Below are positions 26,902-36,132 of a stretch of DNA of 64,000 bases, piece by piece; position 1 is the stretch's first letter, and each line of letters begins with the position of its first letter. Under the pieces are notes generated by a model that was not told the origin of the DNA, ran no database searches, and worked only from the letters and a program-made list of their open reading frames with translations. A program made the translations under genes and the position numbers. Origin of the DNA: Thermoleophilia bacterium (GTDB lineage: Bacteria > Actinomycetota > Thermoleophilia > Gaiellales > Gaiellaceae); assembly GCA_009694305.1 (NCBI GenBank), contig SHVL01000003.1, forward strand, positions 1,508 to 65,507. Reading direction: 5' to 3'.

Positions 26902-28178
26902 GCCCCGCGGCTCCCGCCTACCTCGATCCCGAGCGATTCGGCCAGCAGCTCGTGAATGTCCATCACCTCGATCGCCAGGGACTCCCCGGCGGCACCGAGC
27001 GGCCGCTCCGACCAGGGGCAGGCGCTGACGAGGGTGTCTACCTCGAGCTCCGCGGCCTGGCCCATCCGGCGTTCGCTGATCGCCGCTGTCAGCTCCGGCT
27101 TCGCGATCGAAAGCCCGCCACCGGCACCCGAACAGTACGACCACTGGGTGACATGGTCCACGTCCTTGAAGATCAGTCCCGGGATCGCGCGCAGAATCTC
27201 GCGCGGCTCCTTCCAGACGCCCTTTCGCTTGTTCAGGCGGCACGGATCGTGGTAGGTGATGGTGCGGTCGATCGAGACCGACGGCGTCAGCCTGCCGTCA
27301 CGGATCAGTTCGGCGAGTACCTCGATAGCAAGAACGATCTCGATTCCCGCGAATTCGTCACCGAAGTACCGCGGATAATCCTCGGTGAACGTGATGTAGT
27401 CGTGCGGGTCGAGAACGATGACTCGCTCCACTCCGCTCGCACGCCAGTCGTCGAGATTGTGTCGGGCAAAGCGTTTTGCCTGATCGACGTACCCCATCTC
27501 GGCTGCCGGCCCACCACAGCACCACTGCTCACGCATCAGGCCGAACTCGACCCCGGCGAGCCCGAGGATCTGCGCCACCGCTCGCGGCACGGACGTCCGG
27601 TAGAACGCCGCCTCACAGTCCACGAACAGGATCGTTGCGCCTCCGGTCGGCAGATCGAGGTCGTCTGCCCAGTCGCGCACTCTGTCCTGGCCCACCGGAG
27701 CACCGTCCGCTGCCTCTCCGAGCACGGGCTCGTGACGACGCTCGTCTGTGAGCAGGTTCCAGCGGGCATAGCTCGGCTGGTCGAGGCCGGCGTCAACCGT
27801 GAGGGCGCGCATCGACCTGACGAGATCTACCGTGCGCGTGCGGAAGCGATAGAAGTCGCCGGTGAACAGCGTGTTCGGGCACCGCAGCTCACACGCGCCA
27901 CACTGGGTGCAGTTGACGTAGTCCTCCGCAACATCGGCCAGTTCGAGCTCGCCCTTCTCCATCGCGACGACGTTGGCGTGGAAGGCCGTCGGCGTCCACG
28001 ACTCGTTCCGCGTGACCTGCATGACCGGGCACACCTCACGACAGAACTTGTGGCCCGAGCTGTAACAGTTGTACGCGGCGTCCCGCCACTCGGCGACGAA
28101 CTCCGAGGCAAGGCCCTCGACACCCGCCGGGTCGTCCGGCCTGGCCCGTCCCGGTGCGGCGCCCGGTTCAGCGCTCAT
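26898..28178 (-). CDS. (Fe-S)-binding protein with two CCG domains (GlcF/HdrD-like)
   Basis: It has the ferredoxin-type CTQCGACELRCP plus the cysteine-rich motifs CCGGPAAEMG, HDPCRL, YCSGAGGG and SACPW. Confidence 0.85.
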   Translation of the reverse strand: MSAEPGAAPGRARPDDPAGVEGLASEFVAEWRDAAYNCYSSGHKFCREVCPVMQVTRNESWTPTAFHANVVAMEKGELELADVAEDYVNCTQCGACELRCPNTLFTGDFYRFRTRTVDLVRSMRALTVDAGLDQPSYARWNLLTDERRHEPVLGEAADGAPVGQDRVRDWADDLDLPTGGATILFVDCEAAFYRTSVPRAVAQILGLAGVEFGLMREQWCCGGPAAEMGYVDQAKRFARHNLDDWRASGVERVIVLDPHDYITFTEDYPRYFGDEFAGIEIVLAIEVLAELIRDGRLTPSVSIDRTITYHDPCRLNKRKGVWKEPREILRAIPGLIFKDVDHVTQWSYCSGAGGGLSIAKPELTAAISERRMGQAAELEVDTLVSACPWSERPLGAAGESLAIEVMDIHELLAESLGIEVGGSRGA

Positions 28179-28353
28179 AGCGACCTCGACTCGAGTGCGG
28201 CACGCATGATGCTGCGTAGCTTAGGAGGGCGGGATCTCGTGTGTCAAGCGGACAGACGGAGGGAGCGAGGGGGATCACAGGAGAGCCAGCGCCTCTGCCG
28301 GCGCACTCTCGATGGGTCCGCTACCCTTGCGGGTCGGTGCGGGACCCGTTCCG

Positions 28354-28449
28354 CTCCACATCAAGAGAGGCTGAGGGACCGGCCCTGTGAAGCCTCGGCA
28401 ACCTGCCCCACATATCGGGCGACGGTGCCAATCCCGGACGGATGTCGAG
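28354..28449 (+). promoter_or_regulatory. SAM-I (S-box) class riboswitch aptamer
   Basis: The element CTCCACATCAAGAGAGGCTGAGGGACCGGCCCTGTGAAGCCTCGGCAACC...GGTGCCAATCCCGGACGGATGTCGAG matches the remembered consensus AUCAAGAGAGG-GAGGGAC-GGCCC-GAAGCC-GGCAACC...GGUGCCAAUUCC. P1 pairs CUCCACAUC with GAUGUCGAG. P4 is very short. The SD at 28458-28463 and the ATG at 28473 follow directly, with no terminator. Confidence 0.85.
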
Positions 28450-28472
28450 CGACGACCAGGAGGTTCTGTCCC

Positions 28473-29690
28473 ATGCCCGCTGTTTCCCTTAGCTGCCGTA
28501 TCTGCTCGATCGAGCACCCGCTCGTAGCGACCGGCTCGTGTAGTCGCTGCTTCGGCCCTCTCGACCCGACCTACGACTGGGACGCACTCCGCGCCCGGGT
28601 CAGCCGTGCCTCGATCGAGGCGGGCCCGGCGTCGATCTGGCGCTACGCCGACCTGCTCCCGGTTGCGGCACCCTCGGACGCGAGGCTCGCGCCGGGGATG
28701 ACGCCGCTGCACCCGGCTCCCCGGCTTGCCGCGGAGCTCGGGATCGGGGAGCTGTGGCTCAAGCTCGACACGGCCAACCCGACCCACTCCTTCAAGGATC
28801 GCGTGGTGGCCGTGGCCGCGCGCAAGGCGCAGGAACTCGGGTTGGAGACACTCTCGTGCTCGTCCACCGGGAACCTCGCGGGAGCCGTGGCAGCGCGCGC
28901 GGCGGCCGAGGGCCTCGAGGCAGTGGTCTTTGTCCCGAGCGACCTCGAACCCGAGAAACTCGCTGCCGCCGCCGTCTACGGCCCGCGCATCTTTGCGGTC
29001 GCAGGGACGTACGACCACTGCTCACGGCTGTCGGTCGAGTTGTCGTTCGAGCTGCCATGGGGGTTCGTCAACGTCAACCTGCGCTCGTACTACGCCGAGG
29101 GGTCGAAGACGATTGCCTACGAGATCGCGGAGCAACTCGGCTGGCAGACGCCGGACGCCGTCGTCATCCCGATTGCCTCCGGCGCCCTCTTCCACAAGGT
29201 CGGACAGGGATTCAATGAGCTCGCGACGCTCGGCCTCGTGGACGGCTCCGCGCCGTCTCTCTTTGGCGGACAGGCAGCCGGGTGCGAGCCCGTTGCGGTG
29301 GCTTTCCGCGAAGGGGCACGCGTGGTGCCCGTGCGGCCCGCGAGCATCGCCCGCTCGCTCGCGATCGGCAACCCTGCCGACGGCGATTTCGCAGTCGCAA
29401 CGGCACGGGCGACAGGTGGAGCGATTCATACCGTCGCCGAGGACGAGATCGGCCCCAACATGGAGCATCTAGCCGCAACGACAGGCGTTTTCGGTGAGAC
29501 GGCGACCGGTGTCACGCTCGGTGCGTTGAAGGCCGCAGTCGCCGCCGGGCAGGTCGGACGACAGGCGCGCGTCGTCCTTCTCGTCACCGGAGACGGGTTG
29601 AAGACACCCGGACCGGTCTCGAACACCTACGATCCGATCATGATCGAAGCCGACGCAGACGCTTTCCTCGAGCAGGTGCTCGTCACCTGA
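28473..29690 (+). CDS. Threonine-synthase-family PLP enzyme with N-terminal zinc ribbon (second ThrC paralogue)
   Basis: [23 protein letters not shown] gives a CxxC...CxxC pattern, and [10 protein letters not shown] is the PLP-lysine motif. It is 405 aa. The SAM riboswitch lies immediately upstream, and its stop overlaps the leuC ATG. Confidence 0.8.
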   Translation: MPAVSLSCRICSIEHPLVATGSCSRCFGPLDPTYDWDALRARVSRASIEAGPASIWRYADLLPVAAPSDARLAPGMTPLHPAPRLAAELGIGELWLKLDTANPTHSFKDRVVAVAARKAQELGLETLSCSSTGNLAGAVAARAAAEGLEAVVFVPSDLEPEKLAAAAVYGPRIFAVAGTYDHCSRLSVELSFELPWGFVNVNLRSYYAEGSKTIAYEIAEQLGWQTPDAVVIPIASGALFHKVGQGFNELATLGLVDGSAPSLFGGQAAGCEPVAVAFREGARVVPVRPASIARSLAIGNPADGDFAVATARATGGAIHTVAEDEIGPNMEHLAATTGVFGETATGVTLGALKAAVAAGQVGRQARVVLLVTGDGLKTPGPVSNTYDPIMIEADADAFLEQVLVT

Positions 29691-31105
29691 TGCCGGGTCA
29701 AAGCCTGTTCGACAAGGTATGGGACCGGCACATCGTTCGCCAAGAGCCGGACGGACCAACGCTGCTCTACATCGACCTGCACCTCGTGCACGAGGTCACC
29801 TCACCCCAGGCGTTCGAGGGGCTGCGGCTCGCCGGACGGCGCGTGCGCCGACCCGACCTGACGGTCGCCACGATGGACCACAACGTTCCGACGTTGCCGG
29901 GACCGATCACCGACCCGATGGCGAAGGCACAGCTCGATGCACTCCGCTCGAACTGCGAGGAGTTCGGCGTCGAACTGCATGGCACCGGTTCGGGCAGCGA
30001 GGGGATCGTGCATGTCATCGGCCCGGAGCTCGGGCTCACGCAGCCGGGAAAGACGATCGTCTGCGGCGACAGCCACACGTCCACGCACGGCGCGTTCGGG
30101 GCCCTCGCGTTCGGCATCGGCACCTCCGAGGTCGAGCACGTCCTTGCGACTCAGACGCTCAACCAGAAACGGCCGAAGACGATGCTCCTCGAGTTTGTCG
30201 GCACACTTCCGCCCGGACTCACGGCCAAGGACATGATTCTCGGTGCGATCGGCCAGGTCGGTGTAGACGGCGGTGTCGGCTACGTCGTGGAGTACGCGGG
30301 AGACGCCATTCGCAAGCTGACGATGGAGCAGCGGATGACGGTCTGCAACATGACGATCGAGTGGGGTGCCCGTGCCGGCCTGATCGCACCCGACGCCACC
30401 ACCTTCGACTACCTCGCAGGCCGTCCTCAGGCGCCCCGGGGAGCAGACTGGGAGCGGGCCGTGGCCGACTGGAGCTCTCTCCCGTCCGATCCGGACGCCA
30501 CCTACGACGCCCACGTCGTCGTCGATGTGTCGGAGCTCGCGCCACAGGTGACGTGGGGCACGAACCCGGGCATGGTCGTTCCCGTCACGAGCACCGTTCC
30601 CGACCCCACGGCATTCTCCGATCCCGATGATCGAGCCGCCTGCGAACGGGCGCTCGCCTACATGGGGCTTCGGCCCGGCCAGGCGATCGAGGAGATCCCG
30701 GTCGATCGCGTGTTCATCGGCTCGTGCACGAACTCACGGATCGAGGATCTCCGGGCTGCGGCCGAGATCGTCCGAGGGCACGTGGTCGATGCGCGCGTGA
30801 CCGCGCTCGTCGTGCCCGGGTCTGCCGCCGTGCGGCGCCAGGCGGAGGAGGAGGGACTCGACCGCATATTCCTCGACGCGGGCTTCGAGTGGCGCCTCGC
30901 GGGCTGCTCGATGTGCCTCGGGATGAACCCGGACATCGTCGCACCAGGAGAACGATGCGCCTCGACGTCGAATCGCAACTTCGAGGGACGCCAGGGCCAC
31001 GGTAGCCGGACACATCTCGTCAGCCCGCAGATGGCTGCGGCGGCGGCGATCTACGGCCACTTCGTGGACGTCCGCGCACTCGCAGCCGAGCCGGTGCCGG
31101 CGTGA
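29690..31105 (+). CDS. leuC: 3-isopropylmalate dehydratase large subunit
   Basis: It has the aconitase-family motifs [32 protein letters not shown] and CSMCLGMN. Confidence 0.93.
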   Translation: MPGQSLFDKVWDRHIVRQEPDGPTLLYIDLHLVHEVTSPQAFEGLRLAGRRVRRPDLTVATMDHNVPTLPGPITDPMAKAQLDALRSNCEEFGVELHGTGSGSEGIVHVIGPELGLTQPGKTIVCGDSHTSTHGAFGALAFGIGTSEVEHVLATQTLNQKRPKTMLLEFVGTLPPGLTAKDMILGAIGQVGVDGGVGYVVEYAGDAIRKLTMEQRMTVCNMTIEWGARAGLIAPDATTFDYLAGRPQAPRGADWERAVADWSSLPSDPDATYDAHVVVDVSELAPQVTWGTNPGMVVPVTSTVPDPTAFSDPDDRAACERALAYMGLRPGQAIEEIPVDRVFIGSCTNSRIEDLRAAAEIVRGHVVDARVTALVVPGSAAVRRQAEEEGLDRIFLDAGFEWRLAGCSMCLGMNPDIVAPGERCASTSNRNFEGRQGHGSRTHLVSPQMAAAAAIYGHFVDVRALAAEPVPA

Positions 31106-31692
31106 AGGCGATCTCGCTGGTCTCGGCCCGCGTGGCGGTTCTCGACCGCCCCGACGTAGACACCGACCAGATAATCCCGAAGCAGTTCCTCAAGCGCATC
31201 GAGCGCACCGGGTACGGGAAGTACGTTTTCTTCGACTGGCGCCTCGACGAGGACGGCAACGAGCGGCCCGGTTTCGAGCTCAACCAGCCCCAGTTCGCCG
31301 GGGCGAAGATTCTCCTGGCGGGACGCAACTTCGGCTGCGGCTCATCGCGTGAGCACGCTGCGTGGGCGCTACAGGACTACGGGTTCGACGTCGTCATTGC
31401 ACCCTCTTTCGGAGACATCTTCCGCTCGAACGCCGCCAAGGTCGGCATGATCATCGTCGAACTCCCCGATGAACAGGTGAAGGAGCTGATGGAGGGGGTA
31501 GACCTCGACCGCGGCTCGGATCTCACCGTAGACCTCGACGCGCAGACCGTGACGACCCCCGACGGCAAGGTTCTGCCGTTTGCCTTTGACCCGTCCACGC
31601 GATACCGACTGTTGAACGGCATCGACGATATCGGCCTGACCCTCCAGTACGAGGCCGAGATCAGCGCCTACGAGCACGCCCGAGCGACGTGA
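31102..31692 (+). CDS. leuD: 3-isopropylmalate dehydratase small subunit
   Basis: It has [12 protein letters not shown] and [13 protein letters not shown]. It overlaps leuC (GTGA). Confidence 0.92.
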   Translation: MKAISLVSARVAVLDRPDVDTDQIIPKQFLKRIERTGYGKYVFFDWRLDEDGNERPGFELNQPQFAGAKILLAGRNFGCGSSREHAAWALQDYGFDVVIAPSFGDIFRSNAAKVGMIIVELPDEQVKELMEGVDLDRGSDLTVDLDAQTVTTPDGKVLPFAFDPSTRYRLLNGIDDIGLTLQYEAEISAYEHARAT

Positions 31693-31744
31693 TGGCCGCT
31701 ACCTCTCCGCCCAACCGGCAGGCCAGCGAGATCCCTGTGACAGA

Positions 31745-32761
31745 GTGTCACACGGGAGTGGTGTTGCTTTGAGCGATGTTGCGGTATTGCCCGGTGACGG
31801 GATCGGACCGGAGGTCACGGCCGAGGCCGTGCGCGTGCTCGATGCCTTCGGGGTCGGACACACGGAGCATCCTTTCGGGGGCAACGCGATCCTCGCCCAG
31901 GGGACGCCGCTACCGTCCGAGACACTCGCAGCCTGCCGTGAGGCCGATGCGGTCCTGCTCGCCGCGATCGGGCTCCCGGAGCTCGAGGGGAAGCCGGTGC
32001 GGCCCGAACAGGGGCTCCTCGCTCTCCGCAAGGAGCTCGGGGTGTACGCAAACCTGCGGCCGGCCCGGGCGGACGGGATCGACATCATGATCGTCCGCGA
32101 GCTCGTCGGGGGCCTCTACTTCGGCGAAAAGGGCATCCGCGAAGACGGAACGTGGTTCGACACCTGTGAGTACTCGCGCCCCGAGGTCGAGCGGATTGCA
32201 CGTCGTGGCTTCGAGATTGCCGGCGTCCGCGGCGGTCGTCTTACCTCGGTAGACAAGGTCAACGTCATGCACACGTCGCGGCTCTGGCGCGATGTCCTCA
32301 CCGAGATGGGGACGAGCCTTTACCCCGGGGTCGCACTCGATCACGCGCTCGTAGACTCGTTTGCGATGACGATCGTCCAGGCCCCCGAGACGATCGACAC
32401 CGTCGTGACCGAGAACATGTTCGGCGACATCCTCTCCGACATCGCTGCAGCCGTGACCGGAGGGCTCGGTCTTGCCGCTTCTGCGTCGCTCGGTGACGAC
32501 GGGCCCGGGGTCTTCGAGCCGGTTCACGGTTCTGCGCCACTGATTGCCGGCCGTGGGATAGCGAATCCGGCGGCCATGCTCCGTTCGGTTGCACTGTTGC
32601 TTCTGCACGGCCTCGGCCGTGCAGATGACGCTGCCGCCCTCGAGCGCGCAGTTGACGAGGCGCTCGTGCACGCACCGACCCCCGACCTCGGCGGCACCAG
32701 CACGACGAGCGACGTCGGCGACGCGGTGTTGCGCGCCCTCGAATCTGCGCCTACCCTGTGA
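31745..32761 (+). CDS. leuB: 3-isopropylmalate dehydrogenase
   Basis: It has LPGDGIGPEV and NMFGDILSD. The start is uncertain. The TTG at 31769, with GGGAG 10 nt upstream, gives a more typical N-terminus. Confidence 0.88.
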   Translation: MSHGSGVALSDVAVLPGDGIGPEVTAEAVRVLDAFGVGHTEHPFGGNAILAQGTPLPSETLAACREADAVLLAAIGLPELEGKPVRPEQGLLALRKELGVYANLRPARADGIDIMIVRELVGGLYFGEKGIREDGTWFDTCEYSRPEVERIARRGFEIAGVRGGRLTSVDKVNVMHTSRLWRDVLTEMGTSLYPGVALDHALVDSFAMTIVQAPETIDTVVTENMFGDILSDIAAAVTGGLGLAASASLGDDGPGVFEPVHGSAPLIAGRGIANPAAMLRSVALLLLHGLGRADDAAALERAVDEALVHAPTPDLGGTSTTSDVGDAVLRALESAPTL

Positions 32762-32916
32762 GGACGATGCGTCGCATACCCACCGACTGCTGTTGCCTCC
32801 GTGCGCCTTCTGGCTTCGCCTTTACCGGCTAGCCGGCGCCCTCGACCCTCGCCTCGCGCCGTCTAGCACCGCTCTTCCCGGCGAACCGATCTCCAGCGAA
32901 AGGTGCTCCAACCACC

Positions 32917-33777
32917 ATGGCCTCCACCGAACTCACCGTTGCCTACCCTGGCCGCGAAGGCGCCCATTCGGCGGCAGCGTGCGACCGGCTCTTCCCGGCG
33001 GCGCGCCTCGTTCCGCTGCCAACGTTCTCCGACGTGATCGACGCGGTTGCCTCGGGACGTGTGGCTTTCGGTGTTCTCCCGATCGAGAGCTCGCTCGTCG
33101 GACCCGTGGCCGAGACGCACGACCTTCTCTACGAGTCGCCACTCTCGATCGTCGCGGAGGCGATCATCGCCGTGAACCATTGCCTCGTCGGCCCCGGGCC
33201 TGTCGATCTCGCAGATGTCCGCGAGGTTCACTCTCATCCCGTTGCCCTCGACCAGTGCCGGAAGCTCCTCGCATTGCTTCCGGCCGCGGTCGCGGTCGCT
33301 GCACCAACGACCGCGGATGCGGCCTCGATCGTGGCCGGACTGGCCGATCCGACGATCGTTGCGATTGCCAGCGACCGTGCGGCCGCGATAAACGGACTGA
33401 AGATCCTCGACGGGAACGTGGGTGACCACCCCGAGGCGTACACGAGGTTCGTCTCGGTTGCTCCCTACACCCGCCTGGATCGCCGAGACGGGCCGTGGCG
33501 CACCGCGTTCTCGTTCACGACAGACCATCGTCCCGGTGCGCTGTTCCACGCACTCGAACCGCTGGCCCGCCACGGGGTCGATCTCAACCTGCTCGTCTCG
33601 CGTCCGATCCCCTCACGCCCGTTCAACTATCGCTTCGACGCCGTGCTCGGCGGGCACCCGCTCGACCCCGACATCTCGGCGACCCTGCGGGAGATGCGAA
33701 GCCTGACGGTACAACTCCGCGTGTTCGGCTCGTATCGCGCCGACCACGCGGGTGGGGTCGCCGCGCAGTCCGCCTAG
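32917..33777 (+). CDS. pheA: Prephenate dehydratase
   Basis: The PDT domain includes AYPGREGAHS, PIESSLVG and TRFV. A C-terminal ACT domain with the ESRP-like VSRPIPSRP follows. Confidence 0.88.
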   Translation: MASTELTVAYPGREGAHSAAACDRLFPAARLVPLPTFSDVIDAVASGRVAFGVLPIESSLVGPVAETHDLLYESPLSIVAEAIIAVNHCLVGPGPVDLADVREVHSHPVALDQCRKLLALLPAAVAVAAPTTADAASIVAGLADPTIVAIASDRAAAINGLKILDGNVGDHPEAYTRFVSVAPYTRLDRRDGPWRTAFSFTTDHRPGALFHALEPLARHGVDLNLLVSRPIPSRPFNYRFDAVLGGHPLDPDISATLREMRSLTVQLRVFGSYRADHAGGVAAQSA

Positions 33778-33784
33778 AGGCTCG

Positions 33785-34309
33785 TCAGGCGGCTGCGTGC
33801 TCGAACTGCTCGAGTGACGGCAGGTACTGATGCCAGCTCTCCGGCACTCGCCGTGCCGCGAGACGGATGAAGAGCACCGGGGCCGGTGCGCGCGGCTGCC
33901 GTGGAAGCGTCATCGAGATCTCCTCGAGCAGCCGGTCGCCCTTGCGAAGGTTGCACGGCGCACACGCTGTGACGACGTTCTCCCAGATGGAGTCGCCACC
34001 CCGGGAACGCGGGATCACGTGGTCGAGTGTCAGCCGCCCCGCTGCGGTGCCGCAGTAGACGCACTTCCAGCCGTCCCGGGCAAACAGAGCTCGGCGTGAG
34101 ATGCGCCGCTTCATGGCACGCGGAACCCGCACGTACTGGAGGAGGCGAATCACATGCGGGCGGACGAACGACCTCTCTGCCGAGCGCAGCGGATGTGCGT
34201 GCTGCTCGATGATCTCCGCCTTGCCCTTCCACACGAGGACGTGCGCGCGCCGATCAGAGCACACGTTGAGTGGCTCGTAGCTCGCGTTCAGAACAAGGAC
34301 CTGATGCAC
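33785..34309 (-). CDS. HNH endonuclease family protein
   Basis: The sequence CVYCG...LTLDHVIPRSRGGDSIWENVVTACAPCNLRKG is a canonical HNH motif. Confidence 0.85.
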   Translation of the reverse strand: MHQVLVLNASYEPLNVCSDRRAHVLVWKGKAEIIEQHAHPLRSAERSFVRPHVIRLLQYVRVPRAMKRRISRRALFARDGWKCVYCGTAAGRLTLDHVIPRSRGGDSIWENVVTACAPCNLRKGDRLLEEISMTLPRQPRAPAPVLFIRLAARRVPESWHQYLPSLEQFEHAAA

Positions 34310-34394
34310 CTGAGCGAGCGTACCAGCGGAAGATGTGTCGAAAGAGTGGAATCAGCCGGGGCCGCTGCCGCGCTCCCCCGCGAGTGCCGCGCGG

Positions 34395-34865
34395 TCAGCG
34401 CCCCATGGCCCGCTCGACGGCGGTCTGCTCCTCGGGTGACAGCGCCACCGATGCTGTCCCCCGCTCGACGTCCTTCACGTAGATGCGTGCGTAGTCGCGA
34501 CCCTGGATCGCCGTGACCACGGTGCCGGTGCGCGTGGAGTCGAGAAAGGCGAACGAGGCCGACTGCTTCCCGCCCGTGTTCTCGTAGGCGTCGTAGCGCA
34601 CGACGGCGGTGTTCGTGATCGCGCCGTCGATACGACGGTCAACGCGCGAGAGTCCCGCCGCGACCTCGTCCACCGCACGGTTGAGGTCGTCGATCCGCCC
34701 CTGCAGCGAGACGGCGAAGTCCACCATGTCGTGCGAGGTGCCCCCGAGAACAGCTCTCTGTGACCCCTGGAGCCTCCTCAGGCGCTGGACGAGCACGAGG
34801 GACACGATCAACGCGAGGGCGGCGACGAGGCACGCCGCCACCGCGACGGCAAGGGCCGATTCCAT
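34395..34865 (-). CDS. DUF4446-like membrane-anchored protein
   Basis: It has an N-terminal TM, then AVVRYDAYENTGGKQSASFAFLDSTRTGTVVTAIQGRDYARIYVK. The family name is recalled from memory. Confidence 0.6.
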   Translation of the reverse strand: MESALAVAVAACLVAALALIVSLVLVQRLRRLQGSQRAVLGGTSHDMVDFAVSLQGRIDDLNRAVDEVAAGLSRVDRRIDGAITNTAVVRYDAYENTGGKQSASFAFLDSTRTGTVVTAIQGRDYARIYVKDVERGTASVALSPEEQTAVERAMGR

Positions 34866-36070
34866 TACTCGAGCGAGAAGATGACGGGATACTCGGCGCT
34901 GTTGTTCGCGGTATTGGACTCGGCCTGAACCGGTTTCACGCTTATCTGCACCGACGTCTTCTCACCGAACGGCGGGTCGGGGAAGTCCTTGAACGTGACA
35001 GTCTTGATCTCTGCGATATCGAGCAGGTTGATCGTCTGCTTCTTCACGATCGGCGTCGTGCCCTTGGGAATCGTCAGCGTCACCTCGACACCGACCTCCT
35101 GGTTGTCACCGGTGTTCTTCACGAAGACCTCGAAGGCGAGGTCGGTCGATGCCTTGATCGTCGTCTCTGAATCGGGGGAGAGCTGGATGTCACCCGGTTG
35201 GACGAGCACCTTGTCGAGCCCGGTGCCGTGCACGCCGGACGGGGTACCGCCCGTAGACGCACCGTGGACACGCAGCCAGATCGACGTCATAGAGCGCGTC
35301 GTGTAGAGCTCGACATTCTCGACGAACACGGATGCCGGAGCCTTGATGTCGCCGAACCCGGCGTCCTCGAGCGTCGCCTGAGCCTGCAGCTGGAAGAGGA
35401 TGCGCCACACGATGTCACTCGCATCGAGTTGCCGAGCCTGGGCGGCGAGCTTCTCTCCGGCCACGGTCGCGTTCGTCGAATCGTCGGCCTTCGTTGCCTT
35501 GAACGTGGCGAGCAGCCCCTGCATTCCGCTGACGCGCAGCCGGAGCGCTTCAACCGCATGGGCTGTCGCCGGCAGCAACGGACCCGGGATATCGAGCGCC
35601 AGGGCACCCTCGACGCCCTGCTGCTGCCTTCCGATCAGGCCACCGAGCTTCGTCTCGAGCTCGGCCTGCTTGAGCCCGGGCGTCGTCAGGAGCTCTGCGA
35701 GATCGTTCCCGATCTTCGCCGAGCTCGAGCCGATCGTTCCGAGGCCCGTCATGGCGTCCTCGTAACTCGCCCGCTTCTTGTTACTCGAGCAGCCCTGGCC
35801 CCAGACGATCAGGAGGACGACGACGAGAATCGCGAACGCGACGAATCCGACGAGGCGCAGGATCGGGGCGAGTCCGTGCGGTGCGTGCAACGACGGCCGT
35901 CGCGGCCCACTGCCTCCACCGCCACCCGAAGTATCTGCCGGCGCTGCACGACGCCCACCGCTGCCTGCGGTGCTGGACGCACGGGTTGCGTCGTCTTCGA
36001 AGAAGTCGAAGTCGAGAATATCGTCGTCGTCGTGCGAGCTCACTGAGATGCTCCCTGCAGGGGACGACAC
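34865..36070 (-). CDS. Single-pass membrane protein with disordered N-terminus and C-terminal CARDB-like beta domain
   Basis: It has a TM (ILRLVGFVAFAILVVVLLIVW). The C-terminus ...VEVTLTIPKGT...VKPVQAESNTANNSAEYPV resembles CARDB repeats. Its function is unknown. Confidence 0.5.
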   Translation of the reverse strand: MSSPAGSISVSSHDDDDILDFDFFEDDATRASSTAGSGGRRAAPADTSGGGGGSGPRRPSLHAPHGLAPILRLVGFVAFAILVVVLLIVWGQGCSSNKKRASYEDAMTGLGTIGSSSAKIGNDLAELLTTPGLKQAELETKLGGLIGRQQQGVEGALALDIPGPLLPATAHAVEALRLRVSGMQGLLATFKATKADDSTNATVAGEKLAAQARQLDASDIVWRILFQLQAQATLEDAGFGDIKAPASVFVENVELYTTRSMTSIWLRVHGASTGGTPSGVHGTGLDKVLVQPGDIQLSPDSETTIKASTDLAFEVFVKNTGDNQEVGVEVTLTIPKGTTPIVKKQTINLLDIAEIKTVTFKDFPDPPFGEKTSVQISVKPVQAESNTANNSAEYPVIFSLE

Positions 36071-36132
36071 GAGTGTATGCCATCCCCGGGCCTGGCAGGG
36101 AGGTCTTCCGCCACGGCGAAGAGTCGATCACA

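Noticed and set aside
26952-29690. 912-aa plus-strand ORF.
   Set aside because: Only the last 405 aa, from the SD-preceded ATG at 28473, is ThrC-like. The N-terminal part runs antisense to the Fe-S protein gene and across the riboswitch.
32766-32831. 21-codon ORF (MRRIPTDCCCLRAPSGFAFTG) upstream of pheA as a Phe-rich leader peptide, with the palindrome CCGGCTAGCCGG at its stop.
   Set aside because: It has only two Phe codons. The SD spacing is 1 nt, and no terminator/antiterminator pair or U-tract follows. This is too weak to call.
33785-34309. HNH endonuclease as part of a mobile element or restriction system.
   Set aside because: It is a stand-alone 174-aa gene with genome-typical composition. 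It has no partner methylase, intein, intron or flanking repeats.
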